NCBI GenBank assembly: GCA_964384485.1 | Contig: CAYLLE010000002.1 | Span: 5,825 to 69,824, forward strand | Source of the DNA: an uncultured Spirochaetales bacterium | Lineage (GTDB): Bacteria; Spirochaetota; Spirochaetia; CAYLLE01 | Direction of reading: 5' to 3' | Length of the DNA: 64,000 nt | Shown here: positions 1-7,450 of the stretch, piece by piece | Position numbering within the stretch: the first letter of the stretch is position 1 | Layout: each line of letters opens with the position of its first letter | Notes under the pieces: generated by a model | The model's input: the letters and a program-made list of their open reading frames with translations, nothing else | Told to the model about the DNA's origin: nothing | Database searches by the model: none | Program-made: the position numbers and the translations under genes

Positions 1-374
1 TGGCTGTCTATTTCCCTGGTTTGAATAAAATGTGCCGTACCGTCAACGATATCCGAAAGGTTAGGGAGGATTCTGATTTTAGCAAAACCTCCGCTTTTAA
101 GTTTCCGGTAGATGTCTTTGAGCTGCTCTCGGGTCGCGCTTGGGATGGCAATAAGGGCCTCATCCGCCGGAGTCCGTTCCAGGAGTGAAACCACATCTTC
201 TATCGGACCTAGAACGGGAATATTCAGGATCCGTTTGCCGATTTTTTCCGGATCATCATCGAGAAATGCTACTGCGTCTCCTATGATTTCTTTTTTCTGT
301 ATTTCCAGTGCGATCGACTTTCCGGCGAAACCCGCGCCTACTATATATATCCGTTTTTTCTGGATCTGGGCCAT
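1..374 (-). CDS. polysaccharide biosynthesis protein, N-terminal part only (CoA_binding_3/Rossmann-like domain as in CapD/PglF- or WbaP-type enzymes); runs off the left edge
   Basis: Not in the ORF track because there is no stop in the window. Manual reverse translation from ATG at 374-372 gives MAQIQKKRIYIVGAGFAGKSIALEIQKKEIIGDAVAFLDDDPEKIGKRILNIPVLGPIEDVVSLLERTPADEALIAIPSATREQLKDIYRKL..., open to position 1. The IVGAGFAG and FLDDDP..K.G..I pattern is typical of this domain. It lies downstream of the Wzz and NusG-like genes. Confidence 0.6.
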   Translation of the reverse strand, partial: MAQIQKKRIYIVGAGFAGKSIALEIQKKEIIGDAVAFLDDDPEKIGKRILNIPVLGPIEDVVSLLERTPADEALIAIPSATREQLKDIYRKLKSGGFAKIRILPNLSDIVDGTAHFIQTREIDS

Positions 375-403
375 GCGCTAAAGCTCCCGATTCCGGCGGA
401 TAC

Positions 404-916
404 CTATTTTGCTTCCATAATATCGAATCCCAGGTCCACCAGAAAAGAATCTTTGTAAAGGTCAAGGCGAACCTTTGCCCTTCCTTTTCTTTTATCGACC
501 TTAATGATTGATCCCTCAAGACCCTTGAGGGGGCCTTCGGCGACAACAATGCGGTTATTTTCATCGAATGTCACTTTTGATTTTGCTGTAATTTCGCCGA
601 AGGAGAGGAAATGGAGAAGTAATCCCCGGTCCGGACCGGCAAGGGGTTTTATCCGTTCGTTGTTTTCTAGGAACCTGGTGAACCCCCGCGCGGATTTCAG
701 CGGCCGGAACAGGTCCTGAGGAAAGGTTTCCGATTTTAGGAAGATATAACCCGGAAAAATTGGAGCCAGGCTTTTTATTTTTTTCCCCTTTTTCCGGATG
801 GTTAAGGCTCTTCTCGGCCAGAGTAGTTCGATGTCCCTTTCCTCAATGTATTTCCTGGTGAGTCTGAGATAATGGTTCTCTCCGCCTGTTCTTACCTGGA
901 TTACAAAGAAGTTCAT
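404..916 (-). CDS. NusG-like transcription antitermination factor (NGN + KOW; UpxY/LoaP/RfaH-type paralog)
   Basis: 170-aa ORF. N-terminal NGN-like MNFFVIQVRTGGENHY and C-terminal KOW-like VVAEGPLKGLEGSIIKVDKRKGRAKVRL. Its ATG overlaps the Wzz stop (TAATG at 914-918). Polysaccharide-locus context. Confidence 0.8.
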   Translation of the reverse strand: MNFFVIQVRTGGENHYLRLTRKYIEERDIELLWPRRALTIRKKGKKIKSLAPIFPGYIFLKSETFPQDLFRPLKSARGFTRFLENNERIKPLAGPDRGLLLHFLSFGEITAKSKVTFDENNRIVVAEGPLKGLEGSIIKVDKRKGRAKVRLDLYKDSFLVDLGFDIMEAK

Positions 917-2232
917 TAAGTTCTATGCCTGAACCCTATACTCTTCTTTATATATTCAAGTTTTCGTGCTTCTTCCGGATCCTGTTTAACCCGGTCGAAG
1001 TATTCAAAAATAAAGGACAGAAAAACAGATAAGAAGAAGACAATCAGTGTGACAATTATACAGAGCTTACCCCGGCTCGGACCGGCTTTTACTTCCGGAA
1101 CTTCCGCAGCCTCGATAATTTGGAAGGTTTTTTCATTTCCTGTTTCTTCAAGTTCGGTGGTTTCCACCTTCACCCGGAGGGAGGTGTAGAACTGCTGCTG
1201 GAGTTCAAAATTGGCTTCCAGCCTGAGAAATTCCGCCGCAATCCCTGCTATCCGGTTCTGGGGGATAACCTGAGCGGAATAAGTATTAAAACCGGTCCTC
1301 AATTCTTCGAGCAACTCTTGAAGTTTGTTAATTTTTATCTGCTGACGGACTACCTGGGTCGATTCTGCCGGATACTGTTCTTTTAGAAGTTCCAGTTCCA
1401 GCTCCGCTTCGTACAGTTTTGATATATTTTCGGAAATTTTTTCCGCTAAAGCCGTTACCTGCTCAGTCGGATCTATAATACCGGTCCGGGTATGGAATTC
1501 AAGAAGTTCTTCCTGAGCTTGTTCCATCTCCATCCGGGCTTTCTCCAGCCTCTGCAGGAGTCTGGTTTTATCGGATGCAAGCTGCTGCTGGGTCAATTCG
1601 TTGAACCTTTCCTCCAGAATTCTTACTGTGGCGTTGAGGATTTCAGTGGCAAACACCGGGTCTGTCGAGCTATAGGAGATGGTGAGGATACCTGTGGAGT
1701 TGTTGTACTCGGTCTCCAGGGACGCGCGGAGCATATTCCGGGCGGCAGTGGTGGCGTTTTCCTGAAAATTGAACCGGTCGGTGAAGTTAAACTCCCCGGC
1801 AATCTGGTCTAAAACGGTATTTCCCTTTAAGAGTTCCTGTGCCAATGCCGCGTTGGAGGTACCGCCACGGCTGTCGATGCCCACAAGAGCGCTTAGAGCG
1901 CCCAAATCACCGGAACCTAGAGCTGAGCTTAGTCCTCCGCCGGTAGATTCCTGAAGCAGTACCTCGACTTCCGGTTTGTAGGTATTGGGCATCGGGTTCG
2001 GTTCACCCGGAGGTACCCGGGAGGTGTAGAGGGCGAACCCTAAGATGCCGATTGCCGCAAAAAAGGTTGAGAAAAAAATGAGTTTCCATCGCTTAGCCAG
2101 AACCCCCACAAGATCAAGCAGAGAAATTGTATTCTCCTGCTCCGGATAGTCCCGGGATTCCACATATTCCGTTATATCGGTATCGCCGTACCGGCGTAAT
2201 TCCCTGTTTTCGGGTTTGTTTTTGTCATCCAT
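916..2232 (-). CDS. polysaccharide chain-length determinant / polysaccharide co-polymerase (Wzz/GumC family)
   Basis: 438-aa ORF. N-terminal Wzz motif region ISLLDLVGVLAKRWKLIFFSTFFAAIGILGFALY (TM1), a long coiled-coil periplasmic segment, and a C-terminal TM (KLCIIVTLIVFFLSVFLSFIF). Confidence 0.8.
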   Translation of the reverse strand: MDDKNKPENRELRRYGDTDITEYVESRDYPEQENTISLLDLVGVLAKRWKLIFFSTFFAAIGILGFALYTSRVPPGEPNPMPNTYKPEVEVLLQESTGGGLSSALGSGDLGALSALVGIDSRGGTSNAALAQELLKGNTVLDQIAGEFNFTDRFNFQENATTAARNMLRASLETEYNNSTGILTISYSSTDPVFATEILNATVRILEERFNELTQQQLASDKTRLLQRLEKARMEMEQAQEELLEFHTRTGIIDPTEQVTALAEKISENISKLYEAELELELLKEQYPAESTQVVRQQIKINKLQELLEELRTGFNTYSAQVIPQNRIAGIAAEFLRLEANFELQQQFYTSLRVKVETTELEETGNEKTFQIIEAAEVPEVKAGPSRGKLCIIVTLIVFFLSVFLSFIFEYFDRVKQDPEEARKLEYIKKSIGFRHRT

Positions 2233-2320
2233 ATGTGCCTGAAAAGTAGCACATTACCGGAATTTCTTCAATCACTACCGCCGTTCATGCCGATACAGGA
2301 AGTAGGAGGAATTTGAAACA

Positions 2321-2851
2321 ATGCATCGTAAACTTACAATACTAATTGGAATGATCTTTTTACTTATCCCTTCCTTTATGTTCAGTCTTTCAGTGGTTAT
2401 TTTCGCTGAGATTGAAGCCCCGGAAGAGGCGGTAACTTCGGATGAGGATGATGAAGATAGCGGAGTCGACCCGGCGGAACTTGTCCGGTCACGGTTCGAA
2501 GAGGGAATACTGGATTTTTTCTTTTCAAGCCCCCATATTGCCTTTACTGCCGGCGCCGAATGGCGGGAAATTGAAGATGAGAATCTCCGTGACGCCGTTA
2601 AAAGTATAAACGCGGATGTTCTTGTGCATGCTCAGCTTAGGCTGGACAGATATCCCGGTGAAATACCGTTTCAGGGAAATATCCGTAAGGTAACCTACCA
2701 TGTTATTTTTGCCAATGATAAACCGGCAGCCGAGCATGAAATCAGCGGGAAGTTTATTGAAGAACTGGAGATGACCGGAGGAGCAAAAATCTTCAGTCTT
2801 GGAAGACTTGTGGGCGAATCGGCAGGTTCCATTATCGCGGAGAGCAGATAA
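2321..2851 (+). CDS. hypothetical secreted or membrane-anchored protein
   Basis: 176-aa ORF with an N-terminal hydrophobic signal/anchor (KLTILIGMIFLLIPSFMFSLSVVIFA) followed by an acidic stretch. SD-like AGGAGG lies 9 nt upstream. No family recognised. Confidence 0.55.
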   Translation: MHRKLTILIGMIFLLIPSFMFSLSVVIFAEIEAPEEAVTSDEDDEDSGVDPAELVRSRFEEGILDFFFSSPHIAFTAGAEWREIEDENLRDAVKSINADVLVHAQLRLDRYPGEIPFQGNIRKVTYHVIFANDKPAAEHEISGKFIEELEMTGGAKIFSLGRLVGESAGSIIAESR

Positions 2852-2971
2852 TACCGCAATTGCCGGTTTATTATTTAAGTCTGATAAAACCGGTTCTTTA
2901 AGAGTAATCATAAACAGCCGAAAATAAAAGGAGTGGGGAAGGTTTATCTGTCCATGAAGGAGTTTCATGAT

Positions 2972-5809
2972 ATGAGAAAAATTACGGGACATATTTTTAT
3001 TAATTCTGCGGTAATAAGTATTGTACTGACGATACTTACCGCGGTTAATCTTTATAGCCAGGAATCCCCGATGGGAAGAAAGTGGGAAGGTTTAGCCGCG
3101 GTAAGCACGGAAGGAGAATTCCCCTCCATCGGGTACTACGGGGCCTCGGATGCTTTTCCCCGCAACTCCATAGTCAAAGTAACGAATAAAGCAAACGGTA
3201 ACTCCATCCGGCTGGTGGTAACCAAAGAACTGAACGATTCTAATCTCTTTATTGTACTATCCCAGGAAGCCGGGAAGGATTTGGGCATAAGTACCCGGGA
3301 AACTATTCAAGTTTCCGTAACTCCTGTTTCGGTCGCGGGCTGGGGTGCTGTCAGTCCTGTTGAAGACGTACCGTATCACCCGGATCCGGATATAAATCCG
3401 TCAGCCGGTACCGGAGATCCGAATCGGGATGTCCTGAAAGGGAACGGTGAACCGGCTGCCGAAGAGGACAGTATTGGTGTGCTGCTTACTGAAGAACTGC
3501 CCGAAAAAACCAAGGAGCCTTCCAAATCGGTATTAGAACAGTCAGCACCGGATCTTCAGGACGGACTTGATTCCCTTGGTTTTGAGGCGGACACTTCTCC
3601 CCCGGTATTAACGCTGGAGGACCGTGATTCCATGCTGAAAATTGCATCGGAAAGCGGAATTCCCCGGGAAACTCCTGAAACCGAAGGAGAGGCTGAACCG
3701 GGTGAACCTGATACACCGCTCTTAGGATCTCTCTCCGGCGCCGATACGGAAAAGCCTTCCGGGATCGGTGAAAACGTGACCCCGGAGAAATACGCGGAGG
3801 CTAGAAAACCGGAAGGGGAAGACGAACCGGCGGTGACCGGAGATGTTCCCGCTGAAGAAGGACCGCTCTTGGGGCAAAACGGAGATGATACTGAAAGAGA
3901 TCAGCCCATGCTTGGGAGCAGTGTGAAAAGACCGGAGACCGAACCGGAAATCAAGCCGGAACCCGCATTGGAAACCACGGATACCCCTGAAGTAACGATC
4001 CTATCACCCAGGGAGCCTGAAGCGGAATTGCCGGAGAAAACTTCTGAGCCTGAAACCGAAATATCGGAAGAGGCTCCGGACACCGATTCCCTTGCCCCAA
4101 AACGTCCCCGAACGGCTGATACCGCTGCCGCGGTGCTGGATGAGCCTGATACTCCGCCGCAAGAAGAACCCGAAGAAACCCCGGAGGAGAGACCGGCGGC
4201 CCCGGCATACGCCGAGGGCTCCGATACCGACCGGCTTGAACAGGCTCTCTCCCGGGCAGAACGGCGGAGCAGTGTGAAAGATCCCTTTCCTCCTCCCCGG
4301 GAGGAACGTTCGTTCGAACTTATTTCTCCTCCCCCCGCAAAGGATGAGTATACCATCGATGAAGAAGCCATAGCCGAAGCCGATCCCCCCGAAACCTTGT
4401 TGGAAAAACCCGACCCGGGGATCAGAAAACCGGATGTGGAAGAGAAAGAAACGGAGCCGTACCTCGCCGAGGCTGAAATACATGAGAAAGACGAAACTGA
4501 ACCGGAAGACACGGAGCCCGAACCGGCCGAAGAAACGGCGCCTGTGCTTTCCAAAGACTATCTTTCACCTCTCCGGAAAGCCGCGGAGGATTTTTCGATA
4601 ACCCTCCGGGAAGCTATTCCGGAAGAAACTGAATCGGTATCTCTCGCCGATCTTAAGAGGCTGAAAACCGCAACCGAGGAGCTTATAATTACCCTGGATG
4701 AAGCTATACCCCGGGAGGAGTCCGGTCCTGAGGCGCCGGTCGTTGCCGACCTGAAACGGCTTCGCGGCGAAGCGGAAGAGCTGGTGGCACAGCTGATCGA
4801 AGCCGCTCCTATAGATGAACCAGCAGCTCCGGAGGAGTCCGAAGGGCCCTTCCTGAGTGATTTAGAATATCTGAGACAAGAGGATCAAGATGTTAGTCCC
4901 GAACTCGCGGAAGCAGTTCCGAAGGAGAGTGTTGAATCTGATCGGCCTGTTTTGACCGATATACGCAGGCTCCGCCGGCAGGCTGAAGAGGTTGTTACCC
5001 GTTTAATAGAAGCAGTTCCGGCGGACACTGAAGAATCATTCGATATGTCTGTGGAACCGGAAATCGTGAAACCCAGGACGGAAGAAGAATCGGCGGTTGC
5101 CGGGATTCCGGAACCAGAACGGGCCGAACCTGACGCTGGAGGGATCGGAGCAAGGACACCGGAAGAGGAACGGGAGACGGACGTTGCCGCCGCGGAACCA
5201 TCCGTTCCGGAGCGGACGGAAGAGAGAGATGCCCCTTCCGAGGACGGTATCCTTGATAAGCCGATACCTGAAGACGCCGAATTAGCTCTGGAACCGGCGG
5301 AACATCGTCCTCCCGAGGTGCCGGAACCGGAATCGGAAGATTCTCTCAGCCGGGCCGCCCCGGAAGGGGACTCAGAAGAGGTTGCCGCAGCGCTTCCGGA
5401 ATCTCCCGCGCCGAAAGTGGAAGAGAAGCAGGAAGAAGAACCTGCTGCGGTAATTTCGGAGGAGGCGGTAGACAGCCTGATCGGAGAACTGGAGGCCGCT
5501 GTCGCGGCCGAGACCAAAAAGGAGGAGCCGGACACGGCAGCCGCGGGGCGTCTTCCCATTGTTAAAAATCTTAATAAGGGGTCGTATTATCTGCAGGTAG
5601 GAGTTTACGCCGATCCGCGGACCGCTCAGGAAGCTCTGAATTCCATGCAAAAAGGATTTCCCACCGCGGTTACTACCGCGTCCTCGGAAGGAAAAGAGGT
5701 TTACAAAGTTCTCGTGGGGCCCCTCTCTGAAGACGAACAAGGATCTGTTTTATACTGGCTCAGGTCTAAGGGATACCGGGATGCCTTTGTAAAAAGGGTT
5801 TCGGATTAA
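2972..5809 (+). CDS. RlpA-like (double-psi beta-barrel) protein with a very long Glu/Pro-rich linker and a C-terminal SPOR peptidoglycan-binding domain
   Basis: The ORF track gives 2933-5809. I prefer ATG 2972, which has AAGGAG 9 nt upstream. There is a signal/anchor ITGHIFINSAVISIVLTILTAVNLYS. The DPBB-like part is GYYGASDAFPRNSIVKVTNKANGNSIRLVVTKELNDSNLFIVLSQEAGKDLGI. The SPOR-like end is GSYYLQVGVYADPRTAQEALNSMQKGFPTAVTTASSEGKEVYKVLVGPLSEDEQGSVLYWLRSKGYRDAFV. Confidence 0.75.
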   Translation: MRKITGHIFINSAVISIVLTILTAVNLYSQESPMGRKWEGLAAVSTEGEFPSIGYYGASDAFPRNSIVKVTNKANGNSIRLVVTKELNDSNLFIVLSQEAGKDLGISTRETIQVSVTPVSVAGWGAVSPVEDVPYHPDPDINPSAGTGDPNRDVLKGNGEPAAEEDSIGVLLTEELPEKTKEPSKSVLEQSAPDLQDGLDSLGFEADTSPPVLTLEDRDSMLKIASESGIPRETPETEGEAEPGEPDTPLLGSLSGADTEKPSGIGENVTPEKYAEARKPEGEDEPAVTGDVPAEEGPLLGQNGDDTERDQPMLGSSVKRPETEPEIKPEPALETTDTPEVTILSPREPEAELPEKTSEPETEISEEAPDTDSLAPKRPRTADTAAAVLDEPDTPPQEEPEETPEERPAAPAYAEGSDTDRLEQALSRAERRSSVKDPFPPPREERSFELISPPPAKDEYTIDEEAIAEADPPETLLEKPDPGIRKPDVEEKETEPYLAEAEIHEKDETEPEDTEPEPAEETAPVLSKDYLSPLRKAAEDFSITLREAIPEETESVSLADLKRLKTATEELIITLDEAIPREESGPEAPVVADLKRLRGEAEELVAQLIEAAPIDEPAAPEESEGPFLSDLEYLRQEDQDVSPELAEAVPKESVESDRPVLTDIRRLRRQAEEVVTRLIEAVPADTEESFDMSVEPEIVKPRTEEESAVAGIPEPERAEPDAGGIGARTPEEERETDVAAAEPSVPERTEERDAPSEDGILDKPIPEDAELALEPAEHRPPEVPEPESEDSLSRAAPEGDSEEVAAALPESPAPKVEEKQEEEPAAVISEEAVDSLIGELEAAVAAETKKEEPDTAAAGRLPIVKNLNKGSYYLQVGVYADPRTAQEALNSMQKGFPTAVTTASSEGKEVYKVLVGPLSEDEQGSVLYWLRSKGYRDAFVKRVSD
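4562..5020 (+). repeat. five tandem in-frame coding repeats (27-37 aa period) inside the RlpA-SPOR gene
   Basis: Units start at about 4562, 4643, 4742, 4853 and 4952. They read LSPLRKAAEDFSITLREAIP / LADLKRLKTATEELIITLDEAIP / VADLKRLRGEAEELVAQLIEAAP / LSDLEYLRQEDQDVSPELAEAVP / LTDIRRLRRQAEEVVTRLIEAVP, each followed by an acidic spacer. Confidence 0.65.
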
Positions 5810-5837
5810 CCGGAAAATCCGGGAATTTTCCTGGTTC

Positions 5838-6161
5838 TCAGCGGCGGCGGGGGCGCAGATAACTCCGCAGCGGAGGCTGCCTTCTGCCGCTTTTGAGACA
5901 GGATATAACATGGCAAACCGTATTGACGTATTGACTGTAGTCAAAATACTGCCGCTCCTGTCTCGCGGATTCTTCCCGGACTCTCCTTTCTTTCTCCGGA
6001 GATAGATAATCGAAGATCTTGGGTTTTTGTTCTTCAGGTATTCTTGAAAATATGATTCCCAGATTCCTGTCGGTTGTGGTTAAAAGAATGTTCTGTACTT
6101 TTACCGGGGGCAGAACCGTAATTAGCTGTAGGAATTCTTCTGCGTATCGGTCCATTACCAT
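5838..6161 (-). CDS. hypothetical small protein with weak FliG-C / MgtE-N-like helical repeat resemblance
   Basis: 108-aa ORF (TTG 6164 or ATG 6161). The segment LPPVKVQNILLTTTDRNLGIIFSRIPEEQKPKIFDYLSPEKERRVREE resembles the FliG/MgtE-N helical motif. The Arg-rich tail looks unstructured. The family call is weak. Confidence 0.4.
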   Translation of the reverse strand: MVMDRYAEEFLQLITVLPPVKVQNILLTTTDRNLGIIFSRIPEEQKPKIFDYLSPEKERRVREESARQERQYFDYSQYVNTVCHVISCLKSGRRQPPLRSYLRPRRR

Positions 6162-6209
6162 CAATTTATCATACCCCTTAATATTGGTCCAGCTTTACAT
6201 CCATTACAC

Positions 6210-6297
6210 AGCAATTCTCGGTGATCACATTCGCATTAAAATTTATAATTTGTTTTATTACAAGCAATTTCATAAATAGGCATCACTGGAATTTGCC
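6210..6297 (+). repeat. copy A of a dispersed AT-rich intergenic repeat (62-bp core plus diverged terminal inverted repeats)
   Basis: Core 6211-6272 is gcaattctcggtgatcacattcgcattaaaatttataatttgttttattacaagcaatttca. It matches copy B at 57/62 and copy C at 57/62 by manual alignment with no indels. The extension to 6297 is homologous to the far arm of copy C (about 21/27). It overlaps the last codons and the stop of the SfsA-DUF123 gene. Confidence 0.85.
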
Positions 6298-7431
6298 TGC
6301 GTGGCGGTAAGCGAGAATCATATCCGCGAAAGCGGAATTCAAAAGGGGATTTGATTTTGAATATAACAGATGGCTTCGGCAGCGGCAGTCGCTTGATCCG
6401 AATCCCGGTATTAATTTCTGGTCCGGCCATAATGCGGCTCCGGCTGATGCTGCCAGTTTACATTCGATATCTTCTGCGGTATAGATTGGAAACACCTTTC
6501 TTTTTACCGGCAGGGTCGTGAGATAATCTATATGCCACCTGATCCTTTTTCGGCCTCGCCGAAGGTGTCTGGCCGTCCGGCTCTTTAGTGTCCCCATAGC
6601 TGATCCGGTGTATATGTAAAACCCTTTATCAAAATTGAGGACGCCTAATTTACCCACTTCCACCGTTATCCCCTCCGGCAGTTCCAGGATAACCAGGTAC
6701 ACTCCCCGGTTCTGCCGTATCAAACTTGCGGGTTCTGTTAAAACAGGAATGCTTTTTTTTGATAGAACAGCATCCCCCGCGTGAGAGCAGCTGAACACAG
6801 CGGCATGCAGATTTATCTGTCCTGCATAATGATCAAGGGCTTCAGAGAATTCAGGATCGGTATGTATGTTCGGTATAAGCCGTTCAGCTTCCGGGTTCAT
6901 TACCAAAAAAAACAGGTGGGGTATTATCCCTTCCTGTTTGAGCTCTGCCAAAAGGTTAAGGTGATGAAGCGCCCGCTTGCTTGGCGCATCCGGGAACATT
7001 GCGGTCTCCGATTCCACCAAAGTACAGGTTTTAACCTCAACTGCATGGGGTCGGCCGTTCCAGAAAAAAGAAAAATCAAGCCGGTTACGGCGAAATACCG
7101 GTTCAGTTTTAACCGCGGCGGCGCCGGGAAACAGCGTTGGAAGCAGAAGGTTCCGGAAAAGTGAATTTGTCCTGGTACTGTCCAGCGGTATAACACGTCC
7201 CCGTCTGAACGCGGCCACGGCGGAATAAGCCGTTTTCCGTCCGGGAGCCGTAGAATGCTGAAGGAGAACCGGGCTGCCGGGGATACAGAGTTCAAGAAGA
7301 CTCCCCGGATTCGGGCAGTGACACCTGACCGATTTGCCGCCGGGCAGTTCAGCGTAAAGTACAAACCGATTGTACCGGGACAGTACGGCTGCCGGTAGAG
7401 GATCCTGAAAGAGGGAAACTGCTGCCGGTAT
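6283..7431 (-). CDS. SfsA-family nuclease fused to a DUF123 (GIY-YIG/Uri-superfamily) endonuclease domain; 5' end uncertain
   Basis: The track ORF 6283-7218 starts at GTG, but the same frame stays open upstream. There it encodes clear SfsA N-terminal sequence (..SLFQDPLPAAVLSRYNRFVLYAELPGGKSVRCHCPNPGSLLELCIPGSPVLLQHSTAPGRKTAYSAVAAFRRGRVIPLDSTRTN). The SfsA core continues RLDFSFFWNGRPHAVEVKTCTLVE..FPDAPSKRALHHL. The C-terminal half has the DUF123 signature GVYLVILELPEGITVEVGKLGVLNFDKGFYIYTGSAMGTLKSRTARHLRRGRKRIRWHIDYL. No ATG, GTG or TTG occurs in frame between the upstream stop (about 7510) and 7218. Confidence 0.75.
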   Translation of the reverse strand: MPAAVSLFQDPLPAAVLSRYNRFVLYAELPGGKSVRCHCPNPGSLLELCIPGSPVLLQHSTAPGRKTAYSAVAAFRRGRVIPLDSTRTNSLFRNLLLPTLFPGAAAVKTEPVFRRNRLDFSFFWNGRPHAVEVKTCTLVESETAMFPDAPSKRALHHLNLLAELKQEGIIPHLFFLVMNPEAERLIPNIHTDPEFSEALDHYAGQINLHAAVFSCSHAGDAVLSKKSIPVLTEPASLIRQNRGVYLVILELPEGITVEVGKLGVLNFDKGFYIYTGSAMGTLKSRTARHLRRGRKRIRWHIDYLTTLPVKRKVFPIYTAEDIECKLAASAGAALWPDQKLIPGFGSSDCRCRSHLLYSKSNPLLNSAFADMILAYRHAGKFQ

Positions 7432-7450
7432 GCCGGCAGCATGGGAATTT

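Noticed and set aside
3901-5559. Long antisense ORFs inside the RlpA-SPOR gene (3901-4554, 4004-4483 and 4885-5559 on the minus strand; 217, 159 and 224 aa, Ser/Gly/Arg-rich).
   Set aside because: They are the mirror image of the GAA/CCG/GAG-rich sense codons. They are pure low complexity with no domain-like sequence or SD, whereas the sense frame has recognisable DPBB and SPOR ends.
5810-5834. Imperfect hairpin (CCGGAAAAT...ATTTTCCTGG) after the RlpA-SPOR gene, considered as a terminator.
   Set aside because: The stem is bulged and there is no U-tract. It also overlaps the 3' end of the convergent small ORF, so confidence is too low.
6924-7442. 172-aa minus-strand ORF starting at ATG 7442.
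   Set aside because: It is out of frame with the SfsA-like sequence and its translation has no family resemblance. Only its ATG may be relevant, as a possible ancestral start of the SfsA-DUF123 gene.
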